Assembly (NCBI GenBank): GCA_011605725.1
Contig: JAAOZP010000011.1
Coordinates: 64,001 to 128,000, forward strand
Direction of reading: 5' to 3'
Origin: Nitrososphaerota archaeon
GTDB lineage: Archaea; Thermoproteota; EX4484-205; JAAOZP01
Length of the DNA: 64,000 nucleotides
Under the pieces are notes generated by a model. It had not been told where the DNA came from. It ran no database searches and saw nothing but the letters and a program-made list of their open reading frames with translations. Each line of letters begins with the position of its first letter. The stretch's first letter is position 1. Both the position numbers and the translations under genes were made by a program. Below, piece after piece: positions 19,856 through 28,461 of the stretch.

Positions 19856-19967
19856 GGTTTTTCCCACCAGGCTGTCCTGCTGAGCAGTCGTTTTCCAGCC
19901 ACGCGTAAAGCAGGAGTGTTTCCCCCCATGGTTCACATAGTTTCAGCATCCAGTGTTCCCATTAAGC

Positions 19968-19989
19968 TTTAAACATGCGTCTGTTTAAA
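19968..19989. promoter_or_regulatory. Palindrome TTTAAACA-tgcgtc-TGTTTAAA in the divergent ilvA/GNAT spacer
   Basis: Perfect 8-bp arms, each containing a TTTAAA TATA-like hexamer. Confidence 0.45.
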
Positions 19990-20091
19990 AACTTTCATGG
20001 ATACTTGAAAACAGGCTTTCTGGAAGATTCTGACTACTGTTTTCCTGGAAAACTTTTTAACAGTATTGAAACACTCAAGATTTGAGAAGAA

Positions 20092-21006
20092 ATGAGGATG
20101 GTTGAGTTTGCCGAGGAGCTTTTTAACCAAGTGAGGCGTGTCGCAAACCTGAGCCTTTGTGAAGACACTATTACTGATTGGAGTTTAAGGAGAATAACCT
20201 TTGAAGACCCGAATTACAGTAGCAAGTATAACCTTGTTGCTTTAAAGAATGGTGATGTAGTAGGGTTCGTCCTCGCAGTTAGAAGGCTGAAGGAGCCTCC
20301 GGAAGTGGTTGAAGCCCAAAGAGATCTTGCATGGATAAAGCTTTTTGCTGTCAGGGAGGATTGTAGGAAAATGGGTGTTGCCACCGCGCTTTTTGACGAG
20401 CTTGAAAACAGGTTAAAGGAGGATGGTGTTAAAAGGATCCGCATCTCCGACTATCCGTTCTGGTATCTGTTCAGTGGCGTAGACCTGAAATACGAGGATG
20501 CGATAGACTTTCTGTCTCTAAGAGGATTCAGGAAGGCTGGTGAAACAGTGGATTACGAGATTGACCTTCTTAGGTTTCACATTCCTAAGAGGCTTGCAAG
20601 CATAAGCATTAGCCCGTTCACAATAAGGAGAGCCAAGCATGAGGATAGAGAGACAGTTTTCAAATGGATTAAGACGGAGTTCTCTGTTTTCTGGGCTTAT
20701 GAGGCTGATGCAAGCTTTAAGCATACTGATCCAAAGCTTTGGATAGCTGAGGAAAACGGTAAAATAATCGGCTTCGCAGTCTACGGTGCGCTTGAACCCC
20801 ACTGGTTCGGCCCAATCGGGGTTTCAACGGAAGCGAGGTCCAAAGGGATTGGCTCCATCCTACTGTTTAACTGTTTGAAAAGCATGAGGGAGGAGGGTCA
20901 AAGACACGCAGTAATACCTTGGACCAGCCACCTGTTCTTCTACACGCAGGTTCCTGGGATAACGAGAATCAGGCACTACTGGATTATGGAGAAGAAACTT
21001 TCATAA
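20092..21006 (+). CDS. Tandem-domain GNAT N-acetyltransferase
   Basis: Two acetyl-CoA motif A copies (VREDCRKMGVAT; FGPIGVSTEARSKGIG) and AVIPWT..FFY. Confidence 0.85.
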   Translation: MRMVEFAEELFNQVRRVANLSLCEDTITDWSLRRITFEDPNYSSKYNLVALKNGDVVGFVLAVRRLKEPPEVVEAQRDLAWIKLFAVREDCRKMGVATALFDELENRLKEDGVKRIRISDYPFWYLFSGVDLKYEDAIDFLSLRGFRKAGETVDYEIDLLRFHIPKRLASISISPFTIRRAKHEDRETVFKWIKTEFSVFWAYEADASFKHTDPKLWIAEENGKIIGFAVYGALEPHWFGPIGVSTEARSKGIGSILLFNCLKSMREEGQRHAVIPWTSHLFFYTQVPGITRIRHYWIMEKKLS

Positions 21007-21022
21007 ACGATTCGATGTTCGC

Positions 21023-21041
21023 GCGCACCGAGGAGGTGCGC
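21023..21041 (+). terminator. GC-rich hairpin GCGCACC-gagga-GGTGCGC after the GNAT stop
   Basis: Perfect 7-bp stem 16 nt after the stop; no clear U-tract, so the function is uncertain. Confidence 0.35.
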
Positions 21042-21107
21042 TGTAGAAGTATTGTTTAAAAGTTTTCAGGAAGATTTATAAATGTGTTTAACCAATGCAT
21101 AGCCACA

Positions 21108-21521
21108 ATGGCTGAGAAACCCACGGCAGCATTCATCCTGTCACTGATAGGGGCAATTCTAATAATTCTGAATGCTTTAACCGTTTTCTTTCTAACCGCC
21201 ATAGTGACACGCATGCTGAAGACGATGGACACGTTTATCCCTATTCTCGCACGTGCGCTCGGCGGTATGGTTTTCCTCATGGGCATTGCAGGACTGGCTA
21301 TTGGAGCAATCATCCTGGTCGGAGCCTTTATGATTAATTCGGAGAGTAAGAATAGAGTTTCTACAGGCTCGATAATAGTTTTAGTTTTCTCCATAATCAG
21401 CTTCCCCATTGGAGGAGGGTTTATAATCGGCTTAATACTATGCTTAGTCGGAAGCATTCTTGGATTAACATGGAGCCCGTCCCCAGCTCCACCACCTCCA
21501 CCCCATCCTACTAGCTCCTGA
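21108..21521 (+). CDS. Small four-TM membrane protein with a Pro-rich tail (DUF6114-like)
   Basis: MAEKPTAAFILSLIG start, GGGFIIG.IL..VG.ILG motif; TTTATAAA 25 nt upstream. Confidence 0.75.
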   Translation: MAEKPTAAFILSLIGAILIILNALTVFFLTAIVTRMLKTMDTFIPILARALGGMVFLMGIAGLAIGAIILVGAFMINSESKNRVSTGSIIVLVFSIISFPIGGGFIIGLILCLVGSILGLTWSPSPAPPPPPHPTSS

Positions 21522-21562
21522 GCGATTTTAAGAATAGTGGTGCGACTTAATTTCGGAAGACG

Positions 21563-21571
21563 TTTATATAA
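21563..21571 (+). promoter_or_regulatory. TATA box TTTATATAA of the iscS-iscU operon
   Basis: Ends about 23 nt before the TTG start at 21595. Confidence 0.6.
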
Positions 21572-21594
21572 CCCGTCTATAAGGTTATTCAGGA

Positions 21595-22809
21595 TTGGAG
21601 CATCTTAACGACGTGAGGAGCCTTATAAAGTATCACGGACAGGTGGAGAAAGAAGTTTATCTGGATTTAGAGAACTCGACACCTCTTCCCGACGAGGTTC
21701 TTCAAGAGATGCTGCCATACTTCACGAGTAAAGCGTACGGTAACCCTACTGTAACGCATAAGCAGGGCTGGGAAGCTTACGAGACAATCATGGACGCAGC
21801 TAGTTTCATCAGCAGGCTAATAGGAGGGTCTTCAGGCGAGGAGCTGTGCTTCACAAGCGGCGAGGCAGAGGCGAATAGTCTAGCTATCTTCGGAACAGTG
21901 GGGAAGAAAAACGGTAGAATAGTAGTCTCAGCCATAGACCCTTTGAACATCCTGCTGCCCGTTGAAAAGCTTGAGAAAAAAGGTTTCGAAGTGGTTAGGG
22001 TTCCAGTCGATTCCGAGGGCTTCATAAACCTTGAAGCTTTAGCTGAGGCTGTCAACAGGGATACCGTACTTGTCAGTACAAGCATTGTTAACAACGAGAT
22101 TGGTACGATTCAACCCTTCAGAGAAATTGTGAAGACTGTTAAAGAGGTGAATCCGGATGTAACTGTTCACATGGATGCTTCAGACGCCTACGGAAGAATC
22201 AGTTTCAACGTAAAGGATATGAATGTGGATCTGCTGAGCCTCAGCAGCTACAAGGTGATGGGCCCAAGGGGCGTGGCTGCGCTCTACGTGAAAAGCGGGG
22301 TTGAGGTTGAAAGAATAATCGAGGGCCCGATAGGGACCCAACCTCTCTGGCCAGGTGTTGAAAACACGCCGCTTATAGTTGGTTTTAAAAAGGCCTCTGA
22401 GCTAGCTTTTAAAGACTTTGAGGCGAACGTCAGCAGGATGAGAAGGCTTAGAGACATGTTGATGAACGGCCTCCTCAACATTGAGGATACTCTTCTAAAC
22501 GGTCCAGTCGGGGAGAAGAGGGCTCCGGACAACGTTAACATAAGTTTCCTGCACTGCGAGGGCGAGGCCCTCACCATAGAGCTAAGCTTTAAAGGAGTCT
22601 ATGTTTCAAGCGGAAGCGCTTGCACGAGGAGAATGCTCCAGCCGAGCCATGTTTTAACCGCGATCGGAAGGAAGTATGAGGCTGCTCACGGAAGCATCCT
22701 TATGAAGGTTTCCAGGTACCATAGTTTTGAAGACATAGAGTATGTTTTAAAATCTTTCAGGCCGTCGGTTGAAAGAATAAGGGCAATGAGCCCGACGAGG
22801 AGGATTTAG
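21595..22809 (+). CDS. iscS: Cysteine desulfurase family protein (class I IscS/NifS-like) with a divergent PLP site
   Basis: YGNP, NNEIGTIQP, SSYKVMGPRG, SSGSACT catalytic-Cys loop, PSHVL; adjacent to iscU. Confidence 0.85.
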   Translation: MEHLNDVRSLIKYHGQVEKEVYLDLENSTPLPDEVLQEMLPYFTSKAYGNPTVTHKQGWEAYETIMDAASFISRLIGGSSGEELCFTSGEAEANSLAIFGTVGKKNGRIVVSAIDPLNILLPVEKLEKKGFEVVRVPVDSEGFINLEALAEAVNRDTVLVSTSIVNNEIGTIQPFREIVKTVKEVNPDVTVHMDASDAYGRISFNVKDMNVDLLSLSSYKVMGPRGVAALYVKSGVEVERIIEGPIGTQPLWPGVENTPLIVGFKKASELAFKDFEANVSRMRRLRDMLMNGLLNIEDTLLNGPVGEKRAPDNVNISFLHCEGEALTIELSFKGVYVSSGSACTRRMLQPSHVLTAIGRKYEAAHGSILMKVSRYHSFEDIEYVLKSFRPSVERIRAMSPTRRI

Positions 22810-22811
22810 GG

Positions 22812-23315
22812 ATGTCAAGATCCCCACTGCCATACAGCCGGAAGATACTTGAGCTCTTCAGGAACCCTAGGAACCTTGGGAGGATGGAGGATGCTACTGT
22901 TTCAGCCACAGCGGGAAGCCCTGCGTGTGGAGACATGATAGCGTTCTACCTTAAGATTGATGAGAACAGTGTTATAACCCGTGCGAGCTTTGAAAGCTAC
23001 GGGTGTGCTGCGAACATAGCTACTGCCAGCATGCTTACGGAGATGGTGGAGGGTAAGAGTCTTGAGGAGGCCTGGAAGATAGGGTGGAAAGATGTTGCTG
23101 AAGAAGTGGGAGGACTGCCAGCGGTCAAGCTCCACTGCGGGGTCCTAGCGGTTGGCGCGCTTAGGAGAGCAATAAGAGAGTTTTTCAGAAGGAAAGGGTT
23201 TAAGCCGGAATGGATGCCGGAAAACGAGACTTTCGAGGAGAAACAGGCTTTGGAGGAAGAGGAGCTGGCAAAAATTATTTCCAGGAGAGTGAAGCTTGGA
23301 GAAGAGGGAAAATGA
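22812..23315 (+). CDS. iscU: Fe-S cluster scaffold IscU/NifU
   Basis: YS..ILE.F.NPRN.G, ACGD, YGCAA, KLHC (three conserved Cys plus Asp/His). Confidence 0.92.
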   Translation: MSRSPLPYSRKILELFRNPRNLGRMEDATVSATAGSPACGDMIAFYLKIDENSVITRASFESYGCAANIATASMLTEMVEGKSLEEAWKIGWKDVAEEVGGLPAVKLHCGVLAVGALRRAIREFFRRKGFKPEWMPENETFEEKQALEEEELAKIISRRVKLGEEGK

Positions 23316-23581
23316 TTCAGGAATATGTGAGTAGGATAGAGGAGGCTTGTGGAGCAGGCAAGACGAAGGATTACATCGTAATACTGAAACAGGATAAGAG
23401 GGAGGATGCTCTTAGGAGGATTCTTGAAAAAAGCAGGGTTTTAGCTGAGGTTCACGGGGTGGCTGTGAAAGCAAGCTTCAAGAATAGGGAGTTCACAGCC
23501 TTCACTAACGGTAGACTAATGTTTAAGGCTCTCAAAGATAGGGATGAGTTGAAGACCCTGCTTGAAGAGCTTTTAAAATAG
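23312..23581 (+). CDS. Small hypothetical protein (89 aa) coupled to iscU
   Basis: ATGA overlap with the iscU stop; EACG near the N-terminus, FTNGRLMF near the C-terminus. Confidence 0.7.
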   Translation: MIQEYVSRIEEACGAGKTKDYIVILKQDKREDALRRILEKSRVLAEVHGVAVKASFKNREFTAFTNGRLMFKALKDRDELKTLLEELLK

Positions 23582-23613
23582 AGTGGTTCGCTTAATAAAG
23601 CTGAGGAAGAGCA

Positions 23614-24759
23614 TTATTCTCCGAATGCTCTCACATATATTTTCTTAATGTCGCCTGGAGTCAACGGGTTAGGATGCTTATCCAGGTTCCTCCCGTAAGA
23701 GAGCGCGTCTACAACCATAGCGTCAAGCTCAGAAGGCTTAACACCCAGTTTTAAAAGGCTTCTTGGAACACCTGTCCTCTGAGCAGCCTCCTCAATCTTT
23801 TCAACAAGGCTTATCCCTTTTCCAAAGCCAAGCTTAACCGCAGCATCCTCAAGCCTATCAAGGCCTCTGTCAAGCTCAAACCTTAAGACGTGGGGAAGAA
23901 GAACACCGTTTGCAAGACCATGGTGCACACCATGATAGTTTGTCAAATAGTATCCCATGCCGTGGACAGCCACGGTTCCGGCACAGTTTATCGCCACTCC
24001 TGCAAGCATACTGGCGTAAAGCATGTTCTCCCTGGCTTCAGCCACCCCTTTCGCTGCTTCAACAATATTGCCCAGTATTATCCGCGCCGCCTCTAGGGCG
24101 AAGAAGTCGGAGAAAGGCGTGGATTCTTTCGAGAGATATGCTTCTAAAGCATGGGAAAACGCGTCGAAACCCGTGTATGCAGTAAGCTCTTTCGAAAGAC
24201 TGTTGAGAAGGTTAGCGTCAGCTATCGCAAGGCTGGGTGTAAGAGGGTCTCCGATCAGGACCTCCTTCCTTTTTCTCCAGACGCTCGTTAACACAGCATA
24301 CTTAGTGACCTCGCTCCCTGTGCCGCACGTGGTTGGAACAGCCACTATGGGAAGTGCTTCAGCAACCTCTTTCGGAGCAAAGTTTTCCTCAAGTCTAGTC
24401 TTGCTTTTCAAAAGGAATGCGATGCCCTTTGCAGCATCCATTGCACTCCCGCCTCCCAGTGCCACTACAAGGTTGCAAGCGTTTTTCAAGCCTTCTTCAG
24501 CACCTTTGTAAACAGTTTCGGTTGAAGGATTGGGCTCAACGTTGTCGAACACTACGGCCTTTAAACCTGCTTCTTCAAGCATTTCAACAACGGTTTTTAA
24601 GTATCCGCTTCTCCTGGCGAAGCTTCTGCCTGTAACAAGTAGACACCTGTCTCCAAGCCTAGCTGCTTCAACACCGAGTCTGGTTAAGCTTCCCCTTCCG
24701 AAAACGATTCTCGTCCGCAGGTTGAACGCGAAGGGTTTCATAGATGGTTGGTTAGCCAT
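23614..24759 (-). CDS. Iron-containing alcohol dehydrogenase
   Basis: VEPNP, GGGSAMDAAK, PTTCGTGSEVT, DAFSHALE, HGMGY, HHGLAN. Confidence 0.92.
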   Translation of the reverse strand: MANQPSMKPFAFNLRTRIVFGRGSLTRLGVEAARLGDRCLLVTGRSFARRSGYLKTVVEMLEEAGLKAVVFDNVEPNPSTETVYKGAEEGLKNACNLVVALGGGSAMDAAKGIAFLLKSKTRLEENFAPKEVAEALPIVAVPTTCGTGSEVTKYAVLTSVWRKRKEVLIGDPLTPSLAIADANLLNSLSKELTAYTGFDAFSHALEAYLSKESTPFSDFFALEAARIILGNIVEAAKGVAEARENMLYASMLAGVAINCAGTVAVHGMGYYLTNYHGVHHGLANGVLLPHVLRFELDRGLDRLEDAAVKLGFGKGISLVEKIEEAAQRTGVPRSLLKLGVKPSELDAMVVDALSYGRNLDKHPNPLTPGDIKKIYVRAFGE

Positions 24760-24884
24760 ATGAGTCTGGATACTTATTCTTTTTCGCCTGCTTACAGCTG
24801 CTCAAAGTTGCTTACAAAGGCTTTACACGTATTTTTATGCAAGGTTTTTAAAGCTTATTATAAGGATGCTTAAATAACCGTCCG

Positions 24885-26093
24885 ATGAAAACATTCCGCC
24901 TACTGGTTTCGCTTGACGAGGCGCTTAAACTGATCTACGGGAGGATAAGGCCGGTGGAGAGGGTTGAAGAGGTTGACCTAGATGATGCTGTGGGAAGGGT
25001 TTCTGCAGAGGATGTGAAGGCTCCTTTCGACGTTCCTTCTTTCAACAGGTCTGCGATGGATGGGTACTGCGTGAGGGCTGAGGATGTCTACGGTGCCAGC
25101 CAGTTTAACCCTGTCAGGCTCAGGGTTGTTGACGCTATTAGTGTTGACGAGAAGCCTAGGCGGCAGGTAGGAGCTGGAGAATGCATCCAGGTTGCTACGG
25201 GAAGCATTATTCCAGATGGTGGTGACGCAGTATTAATGTATGAGCATACTGAGCGTATCGATGGAGAAATCCTTGTGTATAGGCCTGTCTACCCTGGTGA
25301 GAACATTTCTAAGAAGGGGTCAGATATTCCTTGTGGAAAAGAGGTTGTTAAGAACGGAGATTACATTAATGCTTCTAAGATAGGTGTTTTAGCTGCTCTA
25401 GGGATAGCTAGAGTCAGGGTTTACGAGAAACCGAGGGTCCTTATAATCCCGACTGGAAGCGAGCTGGCTAAGGTTGGCGAGGATAAGTCAGCAATACAAA
25501 TATACGACATAAACTCTCATACTCTCGCCGCCGTGGTTAAGGCGAATGGGGGAATACCTGTTTTACACGAGATTGTTCCGGACGATGAAAAGGAGATTGA
25601 AAAAGCGTTGGAGAAAGGTGTTGAGAGTAGTCTTATCGTGATAACTGGGGGGAGCTCAGTCGGTGCGAAGGACATTATTTACGAGGTGCTTAGTAAAAAT
25701 GGAGAGGTACTTTTCCACGGTGTACAGGTTAAGCCTGGGAAACCTACTGTAGGAGCCGTCTTTAAAGACAGGGTTGTGCTAGCCATGCCTGGACACCCTA
25801 CTTCCTGTTTGAGCAACGCATACCTTTTTCTCAGACCTGTTTTGAGAAGGATTGCTAGGCTGCCGGACACAGGCTTGAAGACGGTTAGAGCTGTGCTCAG
25901 TAGAAGGGTTGTTTCAACCCTGGGGAGAAGGTTCTTCCTGACGGTTAGGCTGAGAAACGGTGAGGCTGAGCCTGTTTTCAAAGAGTCGTCGGCGATAACC
26001 AGCATGGCTGAGGCCGACGGGTATGTCGTGATACCTGAGAATGCTGACACGATTGAAAAAGGAGACTGGGTTGAAGTCTACTTGTTCGAGTAA
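24885..26093 (+). CDS. moeA: Molybdopterin molybdotransferase MoeA
   Basis: PSFNRSAMDGY, TGSEL, YDINS, TGGSSVG..D, VKPGKPT, PGHPTS. Confidence 0.93.
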   Translation: MKTFRLLVSLDEALKLIYGRIRPVERVEEVDLDDAVGRVSAEDVKAPFDVPSFNRSAMDGYCVRAEDVYGASQFNPVRLRVVDAISVDEKPRRQVGAGECIQVATGSIIPDGGDAVLMYEHTERIDGEILVYRPVYPGENISKKGSDIPCGKEVVKNGDYINASKIGVLAALGIARVRVYEKPRVLIIPTGSELAKVGEDKSAIQIYDINSHTLAAVVKANGGIPVLHEIVPDDEKEIEKALEKGVESSLIVITGGSSVGAKDIIYEVLSKNGEVLFHGVQVKPGKPTVGAVFKDRVVLAMPGHPTSCLSNAYLFLRPVLRRIARLPDTGLKTVRAVLSRRVVSTLGRRFFLTVRLRNGEAEPVFKESSAITSMAEADGYVVIPENADTIEKGDWVEVYLFE

Positions 26094-26138
26094 GCAGCCG
26101 CAGTTAGGTTTATATCCTCAGGGGCTGAGAAGAACAGA

Positions 26139-27407
26139 ATGGTCAGAAGTAGAGTCTGGAAGATTCCGGTCGTGATTGTTTTCATCATTGTTTCAACCGT
26201 GTGCTTGTTTGTTAATGCTGATGAAGTCAGGGTTAACTGGCTGGTTGAAAGCAATCCAGGCTTTCTTTTCGACGTTGCTTTCTCAACCTGTGAGAATGGC
26301 TTATACATTTATGTTGCCGGCTTCGACTCCTCTACTGAGAACGGTGTTTTACGGCCGCGGGTTGAAAAGAGGCTTAAAAGCGATGGCTCGCTGGTTAAAA
26401 ACTGGACATTCATGTCCTCAGAGTACGGTGGATTAATATATGATTGCGTAATATCTGGAGACAGGATTTATGCGGCTGGATCAGCATATTCAGCCAATGA
26501 AAGCACGTGGATAGTTCTCGTTCTGGATACAGACCTGAACCTGCTAAGCTTTGTAAACCTTACATCGATACGTGGAGCAGCGATTTCATCCTTTTGCGAC
26601 CAAGCTTTTCTCTATGTTGCCGGTGTAAACGTAAACGGTTCGAGTGCGGGAACACGTGTTATAAAAATGAGGCTTAGTGATCTGAGCCTAGTTGACGAGT
26701 ATGTTTCTAATCTTTCAGATGTGAATTATGCTTACGATATCTCCGTAAACCCGTTGAGCAGTCAGATATGGGTTGTGGGAAACGTTAACTCTGAAAAATG
26801 GAGGGTTGAAATCCTCGACATGGATCTGAACCCGGTTGAAGGCTTTGAGACAAGTATTGGTGCATCAGCGACTTCAATAGGTTTTGACGATGAAGGGTAC
26901 TCGTATGTTGCTGGGGACGGTGCTGTGATTAAGCTTAACAAGAATAGAGAAGAGGTTAAGAGATATGTTGAACCAGTGCTTTTCTCGAAAACCCTGTGGT
27001 TAAACAATCGTCTTTACGTTGCGGGCGGGGAGAGCATGGGCGGGAACAGTATGCAGGTTCTGTATGTGTTCGACCGGGAGCTTAATCTCTTGAACAAGAC
27101 GGTCATAAGCATGAGTATGGGTACGGATGCAATGTTCCTCATGGGTAAAATGGCTTCCGACGGTGAAAACATTTACGTGGCGGGCTTCGCGTACCTCGGC
27201 TACTATGATTACGAATGGGTCGTGTACTCGATAAAAGTCGACAGTTCTCAAGCACAGTGGTATGTGAAACACTGGCACATGATGATTTCTGCGGTACTCG
27301 TGTCTGTTTCAGCCTTACTTCTGCTGCTTATGAGGAGAAAAAGGAAGCTGCAGCGGGCTTCTCCTGAAGAACGCTCTTCAAAAACAGATGGGCAGCGGGT
27401 CCTATAA
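26139..27407 (+). CDS. Secreted, C-terminally membrane-anchored beta-propeller-like protein
   Basis: Signal peptide; repeated (I/L)YVAG blades; C-terminal TM followed by RRKRK. Confidence 0.7.
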   Translation: MVRSRVWKIPVVIVFIIVSTVCLFVNADEVRVNWLVESNPGFLFDVAFSTCENGLYIYVAGFDSSTENGVLRPRVEKRLKSDGSLVKNWTFMSSEYGGLIYDCVISGDRIYAAGSAYSANESTWIVLVLDTDLNLLSFVNLTSIRGAAISSFCDQAFLYVAGVNVNGSSAGTRVIKMRLSDLSLVDEYVSNLSDVNYAYDISVNPLSSQIWVVGNVNSEKWRVEILDMDLNPVEGFETSIGASATSIGFDDEGYSYVAGDGAVIKLNKNREEVKRYVEPVLFSKTLWLNNRLYVAGGESMGGNSMQVLYVFDRELNLLNKTVISMSMGTDAMFLMGKMASDGENIYVAGFAYLGYYDYEWVVYSIKVDSSQAQWYVKHWHMMISAVLVSVSALLLLLMRRKRKLQRASPEERSSKTDGQRVL

Positions 27408-28403
27408 TTCTTCTATCGTTATTTCCCTATTCTCCTCAGCAGACTTTCTAGCTGAAAGAACTAGGTTCAGGCTTCTAGCACCCTCCTCAATAGGGTTCCT
27501 CGTTGAAGCATCTTTCTTTATGGCGTTGAGAAAATCCAGGTTTACGGCCTCTGAAAGGTTCTTTTTCGAAGCCACAGTAACCTGCTCCTCCCACGGCTTA
27601 TTCGTACGAGTGAAAACAGCGTTATTAGCATCGGTGAAGAAAACAGTCAGGTTTCTTGAAACGATGTTCAACTCGTGAAGCCACTTGTTGGGTATTGCGA
27701 AATTCGTAGCGGATATTGCTCCAAGTCCTCCATGCTTAAACCTTAAGATGGATATGCTGACATCCTCCACAGTATAGCCTTCAACATCCTTATGGAAAAG
27801 ATTATCCATCCTGCAGTATACGCTGTAAGGCTCTCCAGCCATAAACCTTGAGAGATCGTAAAGATGTATGATTTGCTCAACAACCTGTCCGCCACTCTTA
27901 GACTTGTCTCTCCACCAGGGCGAGTGCAGAGAATTACAGTAATACTTCGCTAAGAACAGGCCGACGGGCCCAGCCTCCCCGTGTTCAGCCATCTTCTTAA
28001 AATACTCGACAGCAGCTCCGAATCTCAGCTGGAATCCTACTTGCGTCTTTATGCTGTGCCTTCTTGCGGCGTCAACCATGCTTCTCGCCTTCACCATGTC
28101 TAAGGCTATGGGTTTCTCGATGAAAACGTGAACACCGTTTTCAGCCGCGATTTCAACCTCGTTTGAATGCGCGAATGGAGGTAGGCAGACATAGACAGCG
28201 TCGAGCTTCTCCCTCTCCAGCATTCTGGTGAAATCAGTATATACTGCAGCATTACCCTTTGCATATTTAGCATTGAACTCTCTAGCCTTATCCTCAACAA
28301 TATCGCAGAAAGAAACTAGTTGAACCTCATTCATGTTTGAGAGAACCTGCATATGCGCGTTCGCTATGCCTCCGCAACCTATTAAACCTATTCTGAGGAC
28401 CAT
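27402..28403 (-). CDS. Gfo/Idh/MocA family NAD-dependent oxidoreductase
   Basis: IGLIGCGGIA, HVFIEKPIA, GFQLRF, SGGQVVEQIIHLYD. Confidence 0.92.
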   Translation of the reverse strand: MVLRIGLIGCGGIANAHMQVLSNMNEVQLVSFCDIVEDKAREFNAKYAKGNAAVYTDFTRMLEREKLDAVYVCLPPFAHSNEVEIAAENGVHVFIEKPIALDMVKARSMVDAARRHSIKTQVGFQLRFGAAVEYFKKMAEHGEAGPVGLFLAKYYCNSLHSPWWRDKSKSGGQVVEQIIHLYDLSRFMAGEPYSVYCRMDNLFHKDVEGYTVEDVSISILRFKHGGLGAISATNFAIPNKWLHELNIVSRNLTVFFTDANNAVFTRTNKPWEEQVTVASKKNLSEAVNLDFLNAIKKDASTRNPIEEGARSLNLVLSARKSAEENREITIEEL

Positions 28404-28461
28404 GGCTCAACAGGTTTTTTAGAAGAGTAATAAACTTAACTCTGTAGACTCGTAGACACGG

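Noticed and set aside
21056-21457. Antisense ORFs such as 21056-21457, 37919-38287, 24023-24511 and 44967-45473
   Set aside because: These are shadows of well-supported genes on the opposite strand, with no motifs of their own.
23210-23311. 123-aa version of the gene after iscU
   Set aside because: It lies inside iscU; the ATGA overlap at 23312 is the more plausible start.
23614-24759. Fe-ADH as glycerol-1-phosphate dehydrogenase or as part of the ether-lipid operon
   Set aside because: Its motifs are those of generic Fe-ADHs, and it lies about 17 kb from the operon with no visible link.
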